From Chloroflexota bacterium (GTDB lineage Bacteria > Chloroflexota > UBA6077 > SHYK01): a DNA stretch of 44,608 nucleotides. The stretch spans positions 1 through 44,608 of the forward strand of contig JAXDLH010000488.1 in assembly GCA_034666705.1 (NCBI GenBank), written 5' to 3'. Position 1 is the first letter of the stretch. Each line of letters opens with the position of its first letter. The translations under genes were made by a program, and so were the position numbers. Shown one piece after another: positions 18,054 through 27,582 of this stretch. The notes beneath the pieces were generated by a model that saw only the letters and a program-made list of their open reading frames with translations, was not told the origin of the DNA and ran no database searches.

Positions 18054-20900
18054 TTACTTGGTCGAGTAGTTGCCGGCGATCTGGGCTTGGGCGGCAGCCA
18101 GCCGCGCCACCGGCACCCGGAATGGCGAGCAGCTCACGTAGTTCAGACCCACAGTGTTGAAGAATGCAATAGATGCAGGGTCCCCACCATGCTCGCCGCA
18201 CACGCCGATCTCCAGATCCGGCCGCGTCTCGCGGCCGGCCTGGACGGCCATCTTTACGAGTTTGCCGACGCCCGCCGCATCGAACACCTGGAATGGATTC
18301 TCGGGGAGGATCTTCTCCTCCAGGTAGCGGCGCAGGAACTTACCTTCGGCGTCGTCGCGTGAATAGCCGAACGTCATCTGGGTCAGGTCGTTCGTGCCGA
18401 AGCTGAAGAACTCGGCGGCCCGCGCGATCTCGTCGGCGGTGAGCGCGGCGCGCGGCACCTCAATCATCGTGCCGAACTTATAGTGAACGTCGATGCCCTG
18501 CTCGGCCATGACTTGCTTGGCAACCTGTTCGAGCTGCGTCCGCACGCGCTCCAACTCGTTCACGTGGCCGACCAGGGGGATCATGATCTCAGGGCGCGCG
18601 TCGATCCCGTCTTTCTTCAGCTCGCACGCAGCCTCGAGGATCGCTCGTACCTGCATCTCGTTGATCCCCGGGAACATGAGCCCGAGGCGACAGCCGCGAA
18701 GCCCCAGCATCGGGTTCGCCTCGCGCAGCGCCTCCACCGCCTGGAGCAGCTCCTCTTTCTTGGCGAGCTCATCCGAGCCTGCATGCGTCCTGCGCAGCTC
18801 GTTCACCTCGAGCAGGAGCTCCTCGTGGTCCGGGAGGAACTCGTGGAGCGGCGGGTCCAGCAGCCGGATTACGACCGGCAACCCTTCCATCGCGCGGAGG
18901 ATGCCGCTGAAGTCGTCGCGTTGGATCGGGAGTAGTTGCTCGAGCGCCCCCTCGAATTGCGCCTGTGCAGGCGCGAGCTCGGCTTCGACTTGCGCCAGCC
19001 GCCGGTTCATCTCGGATTTGCGGGATTCAGGAACGTCGGCAAGCTCCTCGCGCAGCCGGGTTGCCTCTCGGCTCAGGCGCGACGCCTCGGGCGCGGCGAG
19101 GATCATTTGCTGCACGATCGGCAGGCGATCCTGCTCCATGAACATATGCTCGGTGCGGCAGAGGCCGACGCCCTGCGCGCCGAAATCGCGGGCCCGCTGC
19201 GCATCCCGCGGGTAATCGGCGTTGGCCCAGATCTGCAAGCGGCGCCGCTCGTCGGCCCACGAGAGAATTTCCGTGAGCTCACGTTGGTCCTCGATCGTCG
19301 GCTGAATACTCGCGATCTCGCCGAGAAACACTTCGCCGGTGGCGCCGTCGATCGAGATCCAGTCGCCCTCGCGCACCGTCTGGCCACCTACTCGGAATAC
19401 ACGCTCCTTCAGGTCAACGATCACCGACTCGGCGCCGACCACTGCGGGCTTGCCCATGCCTCGGGCCACGACCGCGGCGTGGCTCGTCTTGCCGCCACGC
19501 GAGGTGAGCACGCCTTGTGCCGGAATCATGCCGTGCACGTCGTCCGGTGAGGTCTCGGGTCGAACCAGGATGACTTTCTCGCCTGCGTTACCCAGCTCGT
19601 CGGCGCGATCCGCATCGAGCACCGCCTGACCATAGGCGGCGCCAGGGGAGGCCGAGATGCCAATCGTGAGCAGTCGGCCCTCCTGGATTGCGCGTTGTTT
19701 GGCGGCGGGATCGAAGCGCGGCAGCAATAGCTGGACGACGTGGTCCGGCTGGATGCGCTGGAGTGCCTCGTCGCGCGTGATCACGCCCTCCTGCACCATG
19801 TCGACGGCGACCTTTACGGCCGCCGCGGCGGTGCGTTGCGCGGTGCGCGTCTGCAGCATGAAGAGGCGACCGCGCTCCACGGTGAACTCGACGTCCTGCA
19901 CGTCACGGTAGTGGGATTCCAGGCGTTGGGTGATCCCCACGAACTGGTTGTAGACCTGGGGCAGCACCTCAGGCATCGAGGAGATCGGCATTGGCGTTCG
20001 GATCCCCGCGACCACGTCTTCGCCCTGGGCGTTGATCAGGAAGTCGCCATACAGGGTGCGCTCACCGGTGGCCGGGTTGCGGGTGAAGGCGACACCGGTG
20101 CCGGAGTCATTGCCCATGTTGCCGAACACCATCGTCTGCACGTTGACCGCGGTCCCGAGGTTGTGCGGGATCTTGTTTGCGTCGCGATAGACGACGGCGC
20201 GGTCGCCCATCCAGGAGCTGAAGACCGCAGAGATTGCCAGGCGCAACTGGTCCATGGGGTCCGTCGGGAAATTGCCACCGGTTTCTCGGCGCACCACCTC
20301 TTTGAACTCGGCCACCACCTCTTGCAACGCGTCGACGTCCAGGTCGGTATCCGACTGGGTGCCGTGGCGCTGCTTCGCCTCGGTGAGCTTGGCTTCGAAC
20401 GCGTCGCCGCTGATGTCCATGACGATGCGGCCGTACATTTGAATGAACCTTCGATACGCGTCCTGCGCGAAGCGCGGATTCTGCGTCAGGTTCGCGAGGC
20501 CGACGACGGTGTCGTCGTTGAGCCCGAGGTTGAGCACCGTGTCCATCATGCCAGGCATCGAGAATGCCGCGCCGGAGCGGACCGAGACGAGCAGTGGGTT
20601 CGAGGCGTCACCCAGCTTCTTGCCGGTCTTCTGCTCGATGACCTTCAGCGCCGCAAGCGCCTGCTCCCACATGCCGTCGGGAAAGCGCTTGCCGCTGGAA
20701 TAGAAGGCATTGCACGCCTCGGTCGTGATCGTGAAGCCTGGCGGCACCGGAAGTCCGGCGCGCGTCATCTCTGCGCACCCCGCGCCTTTACCCCCGAGGA
20801 GGGAGCGCATCGAGGCCGAGCCCTCATCGAAGAGGTATACCCATTTTTCGGTAGTCGGGGGCGCGCCGATTGCAACTTCCGTAGTCGCCTCTGCAGTCAT
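18054..20900 (-). CDS. ppdK: pyruvate, phosphate dikinase
   Basis: LLGGKGA, SVRSGA..SMPGMMDT, GGKTSHAAVVAR (phospho-His), GLCRTEHMF, FGTNDLTQ, GVCGEHGG. Confidence 0.98.
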   Translation of the reverse strand: MTAEATTEVAIGAPPTTEKWVYLFDEGSASMRSLLGGKGAGCAEMTRAGLPVPPGFTITTEACNAFYSSGKRFPDGMWEQALAALKVIEQKTGKKLGDASNPLLVSVRSGAAFSMPGMMDTVLNLGLNDDTVVGLANLTQNPRFAQDAYRRFIQMYGRIVMDISGDAFEAKLTEAKQRHGTQSDTDLDVDALQEVVAEFKEVVRRETGGNFPTDPMDQLRLAISAVFSSWMGDRAVVYRDANKIPHNLGTAVNVQTMVFGNMGNDSGTGVAFTRNPATGERTLYGDFLINAQGEDVVAGIRTPMPISSMPEVLPQVYNQFVGITQRLESHYRDVQDVEFTVERGRLFMLQTRTAQRTAAAAVKVAVDMVQEGVITRDEALQRIQPDHVVQLLLPRFDPAAKQRAIQEGRLLTIGISASPGAAYGQAVLDADRADELGNAGEKVILVRPETSPDDVHGMIPAQGVLTSRGGKTSHAAVVARGMGKPAVVGAESVIVDLKERVFRVGGQTVREGDWISIDGATGEVFLGEIASIQPTIEDQRELTEILSWADERRRLQIWANADYPRDAQRARDFGAQGVGLCRTEHMFMEQDRLPIVQQMILAAPEASRLSREATRLREELADVPESRKSEMNRRLAQVEAELAPAQAQFEGALEQLLPIQRDDFSGILRAMEGLPVVIRLLDPPLHEFLPDHEELLLEVNELRRTHAGSDELAKKEELLQAVEALREANPMLGLRGCRLGLMFPGINEMQVRAILEAACELKKDGIDARPEIMIPLVGHVNELERVRTQLEQVAKQVMAEQGIDVHYKFGTMIEVPRAALTADEIARAAEFFSFGTNDLTQMTFGYSRDDAEGKFLRRYLEEKILPENPFQVFDAAGVGKLVKMAVQAGRETRPDLEIGVCGEHGGDPASIAFFNTVGLNYVSCSPFRVPVARLAAAQAQIAGNYSTK

Positions 20901-21000
20901 CTGCTTGCTCCTTTGCAAATGCAGAACGGTCTGTATTGAACCCACGCTCGGCTGTGTCTTTCACACCCCTGCCGCCATTGGCAGGGACGCCGAGACTCAC

Positions 21001-22317
21001 TCAGGGGCTAATCCGCTCGTCCAGCCAGTTGACGAGGTCCGCAATCGCGATTCGCTCCTGCGTCATGTCATCACGGTCGCGGACGGTCACCGTGCCGTCC
21101 TCGAGCGACTGGAAGTCCGGGGTGATGCAGTAGGGCGTGCCTATCTCGTCCTGGCGCCGATACCTCCGGCCTATGGATGCAGTTTCATCATACGCTGTCA
21201 TGAACCGGGTCCGGAGCGTTCCACGGATCTGTTGTGCGACTGTTAACAATTCTGGCTTGCGCTGCAGGGGCAGCACTGCCGCTTTGTACGGCGCAATGAA
21301 CGGGTGGAACCGCAACACGACGCGCGTCTCGTCGCCGTCAGGCTCTTCGTCGTACGCATCGATGAGGAACGTGAGCGCGGTGCGGCTGAGGCCCGCGGCT
21401 GGCTCGATGACCTCACACAACACGTGCGTCTTCGTTGCCTCGTCGTAGTAGCGCAGCTCTTCGCCGCTGAACTTCTCGTGCTCGCCGAGGTCGAAGGAGC
21501 CGCGATCCGCGATGCCCTCCAACTCGCCCCAGTCGAACGGAAAGAGATACTCGACGTCGTACACGTCGCGCGCGTAGTGGGCGCGCTCCTCCAGCGTGTG
21601 TTGCCGCAGCCGCAGGTTGCTGCTGCGGATGCCGAAGCGCTCGTACCATCCCTTGCGCTCCTTCACCCAGAACTGGAGCCATTCCGCCGCCGTGCCCGGC
21701 ATGACGAAGAACTCCATCTCCATCTGCTCGAACTCCCGCGTCCGGAAGACGAAGTTGCCCGGCGTGATCTCGTTGCGGAAGGATTTGCCGATCTGGGCCA
21801 TGCCGAACGGGGGCTTGAGGCGCATCGCCGAGAGCACCTGCTTGAAGTTGATGAAGATCCCCTGCGCCGTTTCAGGTCGCAGATAGGCGACGGCGCTCTC
21901 CTCTTCTACCGGGCCAACAAACGTCTTGAACATCAGGTTGAACTTACGCGGCTCGCTTACTTCGCCCTTGTCCTCCGGGCAGCGCCCATCGGCGAGGTGG
22001 TCCGCCCGCCAGCGGCGATGACAGACTTTGCACTCGACGAGCGGGTCGGTGAAGTTGGAGACGTGGCCCGACGCTTCCCAGACTTTGGGATTGAGGATGA
22101 TCGAGGAGTCGAGCGGCACGATGTCGTCGCGCTCCTGCACCATGGCCCGCGTCCACGCCGCCTTGACGTTGTCCTTCAGGAGCACGCCAAGCGGTCCGTA
22201 GTCCCACGCGTTGGCGAAGCCACCGTAGATCTCGCTCGATGGGAAGACAAAGCCTCGCCGCTTGCTGAGCGAGACGATCTTGTTCATGTCGGTGACAGTG
22301 AATGTACTCTGGCGCAT
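21001..22317 (-). CDS. glyQS: glycine--tRNA ligase, dimeric (alpha2) type
   Basis: KRRGFVFPSSEIYGG, YLRPETAQGIF, FRNEITPGNFVFRTREFEQME, IGRRYRRQDEIGTP. Confidence 0.97.
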   Translation of the reverse strand: MRQSTFTVTDMNKIVSLSKRRGFVFPSSEIYGGFANAWDYGPLGVLLKDNVKAAWTRAMVQERDDIVPLDSSIILNPKVWEASGHVSNFTDPLVECKVCHRRWRADHLADGRCPEDKGEVSEPRKFNLMFKTFVGPVEEESAVAYLRPETAQGIFINFKQVLSAMRLKPPFGMAQIGKSFRNEITPGNFVFRTREFEQMEMEFFVMPGTAAEWLQFWVKERKGWYERFGIRSSNLRLRQHTLEERAHYARDVYDVEYLFPFDWGELEGIADRGSFDLGEHEKFSGEELRYYDEATKTHVLCEVIEPAAGLSRTALTFLIDAYDEEPDGDETRVVLRFHPFIAPYKAAVLPLQRKPELLTVAQQIRGTLRTRFMTAYDETASIGRRYRRQDEIGTPYCITPDFQSLEDGTVTVRDRDDMTQERIAIADLVNWLDERISP

Positions 22318-22461
22318 TACCTCTCCGCAGACTGGGTGTCGCGTGAGCTCGTCGGGGATTCTGCCATGCCCGAAAGGATGCCTTCAACTTCGCTCGGTGG
22401 ACGCTCTGTGCGGCCGTTCTTTATGATCGGCCGGTTACCCCGATGCGCGGTGGAGCTTCAG

Positions 22462-22713
22462 GTGCATCCCGACTACGTGCGGATTGGGTCGCTGGTCATC
22501 GTCCGCACCGCCAATGGTGATGAAGAACGCTACGTCATCGTGGCGGCGCGCGATGCGAATCCGCGTGAGGGCCGCGTCTCGAGTGAGTCGCCGATCGGCC
22601 GGGCGCTGCTCGGTCGCCGGATCGGTGAGCGCGTGGTGATCCCGGCACCCGGTGGCAGCTTCAATGTGACGATCGAGCGCGTCGAGATTCCAACGACCGA
22701 GGCGAATGGTTGA
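22462..22713 (+). CDS. GreA/GreB C-terminal-domain-only protein
   Basis: VRIGSLV...YVIVAARDANPREGRVSSESPIGRALLG...APGG. GGAG SD before GTG 22462 (alternative starts 22423, 22450); overlaps the lysS start. Confidence 0.8.
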   Translation: MHPDYVRIGSLVIVRTANGDEERYVIVAARDANPREGRVSSESPIGRALLGRRIGERVVIPAPGGSFNVTIERVEIPTTEANG

Positions 22714-24185
22714 CCGAGACGTACGAGCCGGACGATCAGATCCGCGCGCGGCTGGCGAGCCTCGACGCGATCCGTGAGTTGGGGGTCGATCCGTTCCCCA
22801 CGCGTTACGCGCGTACCCATTATTCCAGAGAGGTCGTCGCACGCGCCGATGAGCTCGAGGGGCAGACGGTTCGCGTGGCAGGTCGCATCGTCGGCGCGAT
22901 CCGGCGGATGGGCAAGGCCGGCTTCGCGCACCTTCTCGACGGTGGTGGCCGTATCCAGGTGCATTTCGGTCGTGAGACGCTCGGCGAGGACGGCTGGGTT
23001 CTGTATGGGCACCTGCACGCGGGCGACTTCATCGGCGTCGAGGGCCCAGTCTTTCGCACGCGCACCGGCGAGGTCACCATTGAGGCGAAGCAGCTCACGT
23101 TCCTCGCCAAGGCGATCCGCCCGCTACCCGAGAAGTGGCACGGCCTCACGGACGTCGAGAAGCGCCACCGCCAGCGCTACCTGGACCTGATCGTGAACGA
23201 CGAGGTGCGCCAGACAATTATTACGCGCAGCCGCGTCGTGCAAGCGATCCGCCGCTTCCTCGACGAGCGCGAGTTCATCGAAGTGGAAACGCCCGTCCTG
23301 CAAGAGGTGGCTGCGGGGGCGACGGCGCGACCGTTTGTGACGCGCTCGAACGCCCTCGACCAGGAGATGTTTCTGCGCATCGCGCTTGAGTTGTATTTGA
23401 AGCGGTGCATCGTCGGGGGTCTCGAGCGCGTCTACGAGATCGGCCGGACGTTTCGCAATGAGGGGCTGGACCACAAGCACAACCCTGAGTTCACCATGAT
23501 GGAGCTGTACCAGGCGTATGCGGACTACGAGGACATGATGGAGCTGGTCGAGCAGATGGTGGCGACTGTGGCGCGGGAGGTACTCGGCACGACCCAGCTC
23601 ACCTGGCAGGATCAGCCGATCGACGTCGCGCCACCCTGGCCGCGTCGGACGCTGCGCGAGTTGATCCTCGAGCACACCGGCGTTGACTACGAGGCACACG
23701 TGGACGATGCCGACCTGCGCCGGGCTGCCGAGGCGACCGGGATGAAGGTCGAGCGGCAATGGGACCGCGCGAAGATCATCGACGAACTGATGACGGAGTT
23801 CGTCGAGCCAAAGCTGATCGCACCCATCTTTGTCATGGACCATCCAGTCGAGACGACGCCCCTGGCCAAGCGCCGGCACGACCGGCCGAATGCCGTCTAT
23901 CGTTTCGAGCCCTATATCGGCGGCATGGAGCTTGGGAACGCGTACAGCGAGCTGAATGATCCCGTGGACCAGCGCCGGCGCTTCGAGGAACAAGCCGCGT
24001 TGCGCGCCGCCGGTGATGAGGAGGCGCAGCCGCTGGATGAAGACTTTCTCCAGGCGATCGAGCATGGGATGCCGCCGACCGGCGGGCTCGGAATAGGGAT
24101 CGACCGCCTGGTAATGATCCTGGCCAATCAGCCGTCGATGCGGGAAGTTATCCTGTTCCCGCAACTTCGTTCCAGGAGCGACTGA
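22710..24185 (+). CDS. lysS: lysine--tRNA ligase (class II)
   Basis: PLPEKWHGLTDVE.R.RQRYLDL, FRNEG...HNPEFT, GMPPTGGLGIGIDRL; TTG start. Confidence 0.98.
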   Translation: MTETYEPDDQIRARLASLDAIRELGVDPFPTRYARTHYSREVVARADELEGQTVRVAGRIVGAIRRMGKAGFAHLLDGGGRIQVHFGRETLGEDGWVLYGHLHAGDFIGVEGPVFRTRTGEVTIEAKQLTFLAKAIRPLPEKWHGLTDVEKRHRQRYLDLIVNDEVRQTIITRSRVVQAIRRFLDEREFIEVETPVLQEVAAGATARPFVTRSNALDQEMFLRIALELYLKRCIVGGLERVYEIGRTFRNEGLDHKHNPEFTMMELYQAYADYEDMMELVEQMVATVAREVLGTTQLTWQDQPIDVAPPWPRRTLRELILEHTGVDYEAHVDDADLRRAAEATGMKVERQWDRAKIIDELMTEFVEPKLIAPIFVMDHPVETTPLAKRRHDRPNAVYRFEPYIGGMELGNAYSELNDPVDQRRRFEEQAALRAAGDEEAQPLDEDFLQAIEHGMPPTGGLGIGIDRLVMILANQPSMREVILFPQLRSRSD

Positions 24186-24187
24186 AC

Positions 24188-25468
24188 GTGCTGAGCCTGC
24201 AGTACATCCGTGAGCATGAGGCCGAGCTGCGCCAAGCGATGGCAAATCGCCACACCGAGACGCCGTTGGATCGGATTCTCGAGCTCGATAGTCTGCGCCG
24301 CGAGCTGCTGCAGGAGCGCGAGGCGCTGCAAGCCCAGCGGAATCAGCTCAGCTCGCAGATCGGCAAGGCGGATCCCGCTACCCGGCAATCGCTCATCGAC
24401 CAGACCCGCGGCATGTCGGCGCGCATCTCAGAGCTGGAGCCACAGGTCAAGGAGATCGAGGGCGAGCTGGACGCCTTGCTGCTGCAAATGCCCAACGTGC
24501 CTGATCCGTCAGTCGTGGTAGGCGCCAATGAGAGCGACAACCTCGAGGTGCGCCGCTGGGGCACGAAGCGGCAGTTCGATTTCACGCCCAAGCCGCACTG
24601 GGAGCTGGGTGAAGCCCTCGGCATCGTCGACTTCGAGCGTGGTGCGAACCTCGCAGGCTCGCGCTTCGAGGCGCTCATTGGCGACGGGGCGACGCTCTCC
24701 CGCGCACTCGCCAACCTGATGCTCGAAATCCATCTCGGCGAGCACGGCTACACCGAAGTCTCGCCTCCTTATCTCGTCAAACCGGAGGTCATGGTCGGCA
24801 CCGGCCAACTGCCAAAGTTTGGCGACGACGCGTACCAGATCGAGAGCGACGAACTGTACTTGATTCCAACGGCCGAAGTCCCGGTGACCAACCTGCACCG
24901 CGGCGAAATCTTGCCTCCGGACGTGCTGCCGATCAAATACGTCGCGTACAGCGCGTGCTTCCGGCGCGAGGCCGGCGCGGCCGGGAGGGATACGCGGGGG
25001 CTCATCCGCCGCCATCAGTTCCACAAGGTGGAGATGGTGAAGTTCGCTGAGCCAGAGCAGGCATTGGATGAGCTCGAGTCGATGGTCCGCGACGCGGAGT
25101 CGATCCTGCAAGCGCTGGAGCTGCCGTACCGCGTGATGTTGCTGTGTACGGGCGACATGGGGTTTACGTCCCGCAAGACCTACGACCTCGAGGTTTGGAT
25201 GCCGGGGCTCGATCGCTACGTCGAGATCTCCTCCTGCTCCACCTGCGGCGACTTTCAGGCGCGGCGGGCTGACATCAAGTTCCGGCGGACTGCCGGCGCC
25301 CACGCCGAGCTCGTCCATACCCTGAACGGATCGGGGTTGGCCGTCGGCCGAACGATCGCCGCCCTGCTGGAAAATTATCAGCATGAGAATGGATCGGTCG
25401 AAATTCCGGAGGCGCTGCACGGCGCTTTCGGGGGCCGGACCGAACTGGCGGCGCCGCGCTTCCATTGA
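24188..25468 (+). CDS. serS: serine--tRNA ligase
   Basis: N-terminal coiled coil, YLIPTAEVP, FRREAGAAGRDTRGLIR.HQF, EISSCS, HTLNGSGLA. Confidence 0.98.
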   Translation: MLSLQYIREHEAELRQAMANRHTETPLDRILELDSLRRELLQEREALQAQRNQLSSQIGKADPATRQSLIDQTRGMSARISELEPQVKEIEGELDALLLQMPNVPDPSVVVGANESDNLEVRRWGTKRQFDFTPKPHWELGEALGIVDFERGANLAGSRFEALIGDGATLSRALANLMLEIHLGEHGYTEVSPPYLVKPEVMVGTGQLPKFGDDAYQIESDELYLIPTAEVPVTNLHRGEILPPDVLPIKYVAYSACFRREAGAAGRDTRGLIRRHQFHKVEMVKFAEPEQALDELESMVRDAESILQALELPYRVMLLCTGDMGFTSRKTYDLEVWMPGLDRYVEISSCSTCGDFQARRADIKFRRTAGAHAELVHTLNGSGLAVGRTIAALLENYQHENGSVEIPEALHGAFGGRTELAAPRFH

Positions 25469-25595
25469 CGACAGGCCCGCGTGATGACCGGTCCGCATGA
25501 TGACCGGCCTCTATGGCGACTGACTGGTGGCGACTGGCTTGATGACTGGATAACCGGCTGGCCGGCTAACGGGCGCGGGAGGATGGTGAGCGCGC

Positions 25596-26798
25596 ATGCG
25601 GCAGCTTTCGTACGTCGCCGAGGACGGCGAGATCTGGCTCGACGATCTCGATAGCGATCGGCGCTGGCCAGTTGGCTGGACGGCGCCAGGCCCCGGCGAG
25701 CAGATCGTCTGTAACTGGCCGACGTGGGAGCAGAACGGCAGTCGACTCGCGTACTTCGAGTATGCCGTGGCCCGCGACGAGATTCGGCGCACCGCGGTGG
25801 TCGTCGCCGAGGCGGAGAGCTCCGAACGGGTCTCATTGCGGCTCGAGGCGGGACGAGCGCCGATCTACATGTGCTGGTCCCCGAATGGATCGCGGTTGGC
25901 GGTTCTCGTCCAGGACGGGACCGACCTTGAGCTGCTGGTGCTGGACCCCACGGGCAATGCGCCGCCGATCGCTGCGGCCCAGGGCGCGCCGCTCTACTTC
26001 GCCTGGTTGCCCGATTCGAGCGGCCTTATTGCCAACGTCGGCGTGCAAACGCTCAATGCGCCGCGCCCCCGCTTATTGTGGGTCACGCTCGACGGCGACC
26101 AGCCACAACAACGACTGCTCGAGGCGCAGCCGGCTGCTGGCTTTCGCGCTCCTTCGTGGTCAACGGCGCTCCATGGCGCAGTGGTCGCGGTGGAGCGGCC
26201 GGTCGGCGTGGAGATCGCGGTCCAGACCAGTCCGGACGCTGAAGCCGAGACGATCGCCGAGACCGGCAACGCGCCGGCATTCCTCTGGAATAGCGAGGGG
26301 GACAAGCTCGCCTTTGCCTCCGGAGGGCGCCAGGGGAACGCACTCGCCAGCGGGATTCGTCTCTACCGTCCGGCTGACGGCTCTATTCAGCAGCTTACGG
26401 ACGAGCCCCTCATCGCGTTTTTCTGGTGCCCTGATGGCAAGCGCATCGTGTGGCTGTCCGGCGAGTCCGACAGCCGTGCCGTGCGGCTGCGGATCGCGGA
26501 TACGGAGGGCGGGCCGGCGAGCGAGCTCGGGTGGCTGCGTCCCAGCCGCGATCTCTTTTTGCTGCTCGGCCACTTTGACCAGTATGCCCAGTCGGCAACG
26601 CTCTTCTCCCCCGCCGGCGATGAGATCGTGCTGGCGGCATCCAGGGCAAAGGAGCTCGAGAACGGCTCCGTGCCGACTGTGCGGCAGATCCTCATCCGTC
26701 CGCTGTCCGACGGCCGGAAAGAGACGAGCCCGAGCCGGGGCCGGCTCGCCTTCTGGCGGCCGAGCGGCCCCGGCCCTTGGCAAAGCAAGGACGGATAA
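25596..26798 (+). CDS. TolB-like/PD40 beta-propeller protein, no signal peptide
   Basis: Repeated WSPNGSRLA, WLPDSSGL, WNSEGDKLAF, WCPDGKRI, FSPAGDEI blades. Confidence 0.75.
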   Translation: MRQLSYVAEDGEIWLDDLDSDRRWPVGWTAPGPGEQIVCNWPTWEQNGSRLAYFEYAVARDEIRRTAVVVAEAESSERVSLRLEAGRAPIYMCWSPNGSRLAVLVQDGTDLELLVLDPTGNAPPIAAAQGAPLYFAWLPDSSGLIANVGVQTLNAPRPRLLWVTLDGDQPQQRLLEAQPAAGFRAPSWSTALHGAVVAVERPVGVEIAVQTSPDAEAETIAETGNAPAFLWNSEGDKLAFASGGRQGNALASGIRLYRPADGSIQQLTDEPLIAFFWCPDGKRIVWLSGESDSRAVRLRIADTEGGPASELGWLRPSRDLFLLLGHFDQYAQSATLFSPAGDEIVLAASRAKELENGSVPTVRQILIRPLSDGRKETSPSRGRLAFWRPSGPGPWQSKDG

Positions 26799-26905
26799 CC
26801 GCGGTCTCCTCGGGTACGACGCCGCCATGAATCAATGCCTGGTCCCGAGCGGCGATCCTTCCCTGGCGCGTCAGCACCCGTCCCAATAGCATGTCTCACG
26901 GGCAC

Positions 26906-26914
26906 TGGTACAAT
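26906..26914 (+). promoter_or_regulatory. extended -10 promoter
   Basis: TGGTACAAT (TGn-TACAAT) about 25 nt before the MBL ATG, which has an AGGAG SD. Confidence 0.5.
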
Positions 26915-26939
26915 CCGGTGAGGTAACGAGAGGAGCCGT

Positions 26940-27575
26940 ATGGAGCTGTTCTGGCTTGGCCAATCGTGTTTTCGGATCCGAGGGCGCGACGCCACAGTCC
27001 TCACGGACCCGTTTGACAAGGCGTCGGGGTACGCACTCGGTCGGGTCGCCGCTGACGTGGTCACCGTCTCCAATGCGCACCCTAACCACAGTACGACCGA
27101 AGGTGTCGATGGGACGCCAAGGGTGATCGATGGCCCCGGGGAGTACGAGGTCCACGGGGTGTACATCACCGGGATGCGGACGTCGCCGCCCCACGCGCCT
27201 GACGGCATGACGCGCAACACGGCCTACCGCATCACTGTGGATGACATGACGATCTGCCATCTGGGTGACCTCGCGGCGTTGCTCAACACCGAGCAGATCG
27301 AGATGATGAAAGACATTGACGTGTTGCTCGTGCCCGTTGGAGGGCACTGCACCATCGGTGCGAGCCAGGCGGTCGAGGTGATCAGTCAGGTCGAGCCAAA
27401 GCTCGTTGTGCCGATGCACTATGGCACCGAGCAGTCCACGGCCGAGTTGGATCCGCTCGACCGCTTCCTGCACGAGATGGGCATCGCGCAGGCGGAACCG
27501 CAAGCGAAACTGAACATAACTCGCAGCTCTCTGCCGGGGGAGCCAACCGTCGCCGTACTGAGCTATCGGCGGTAG
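26940..27575 (+). CDS. metallo-beta-lactamase fold protein (Lactamase_B_3-like)
   Basis: WLGQSCFRI, TDPF, SNAHPNH (degenerate HxHxDH), GPGEYEV, HLGDL, PVGG, VPMHY. Confidence 0.88.
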   Translation: MELFWLGQSCFRIRGRDATVLTDPFDKASGYALGRVAADVVTVSNAHPNHSTTEGVDGTPRVIDGPGEYEVHGVYITGMRTSPPHAPDGMTRNTAYRITVDDMTICHLGDLAALLNTEQIEMMKDIDVLLVPVGGHCTIGASQAVEVISQVEPKLVVPMHYGTEQSTAELDPLDRFLHEMGIAQAEPQAKLNITRSSLPGEPTVAVLSYRR

Positions 27576-27582
27576 CATCGCC

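Noticed and set aside
16646-20939. Long antisense and alternate-frame ORFs over dnaG and ppdK, and similar ones over rny, lysS, the SBPs and paa genes
   Set aside because: Shadow ORFs expected from high GC3 codon bias; Arg/Ala/Pro-rich with no recognisable motifs.
21304-22422. 469-aa + strand ORF 21304-22713 as one protein
   Set aside because: Most of it is antisense to glyQS; only the last ~85-97 codons (Gre C-terminal domain) look like real protein.
22318-22461. T-box leader for glyQS, lysS or serS
   Set aside because: The region is too short and has no T-box consensus or terminator.
25469-25595. CRISPR array
   Set aside because: Units are 6-10 nt, degenerate and irregularly spaced; no cas genes.
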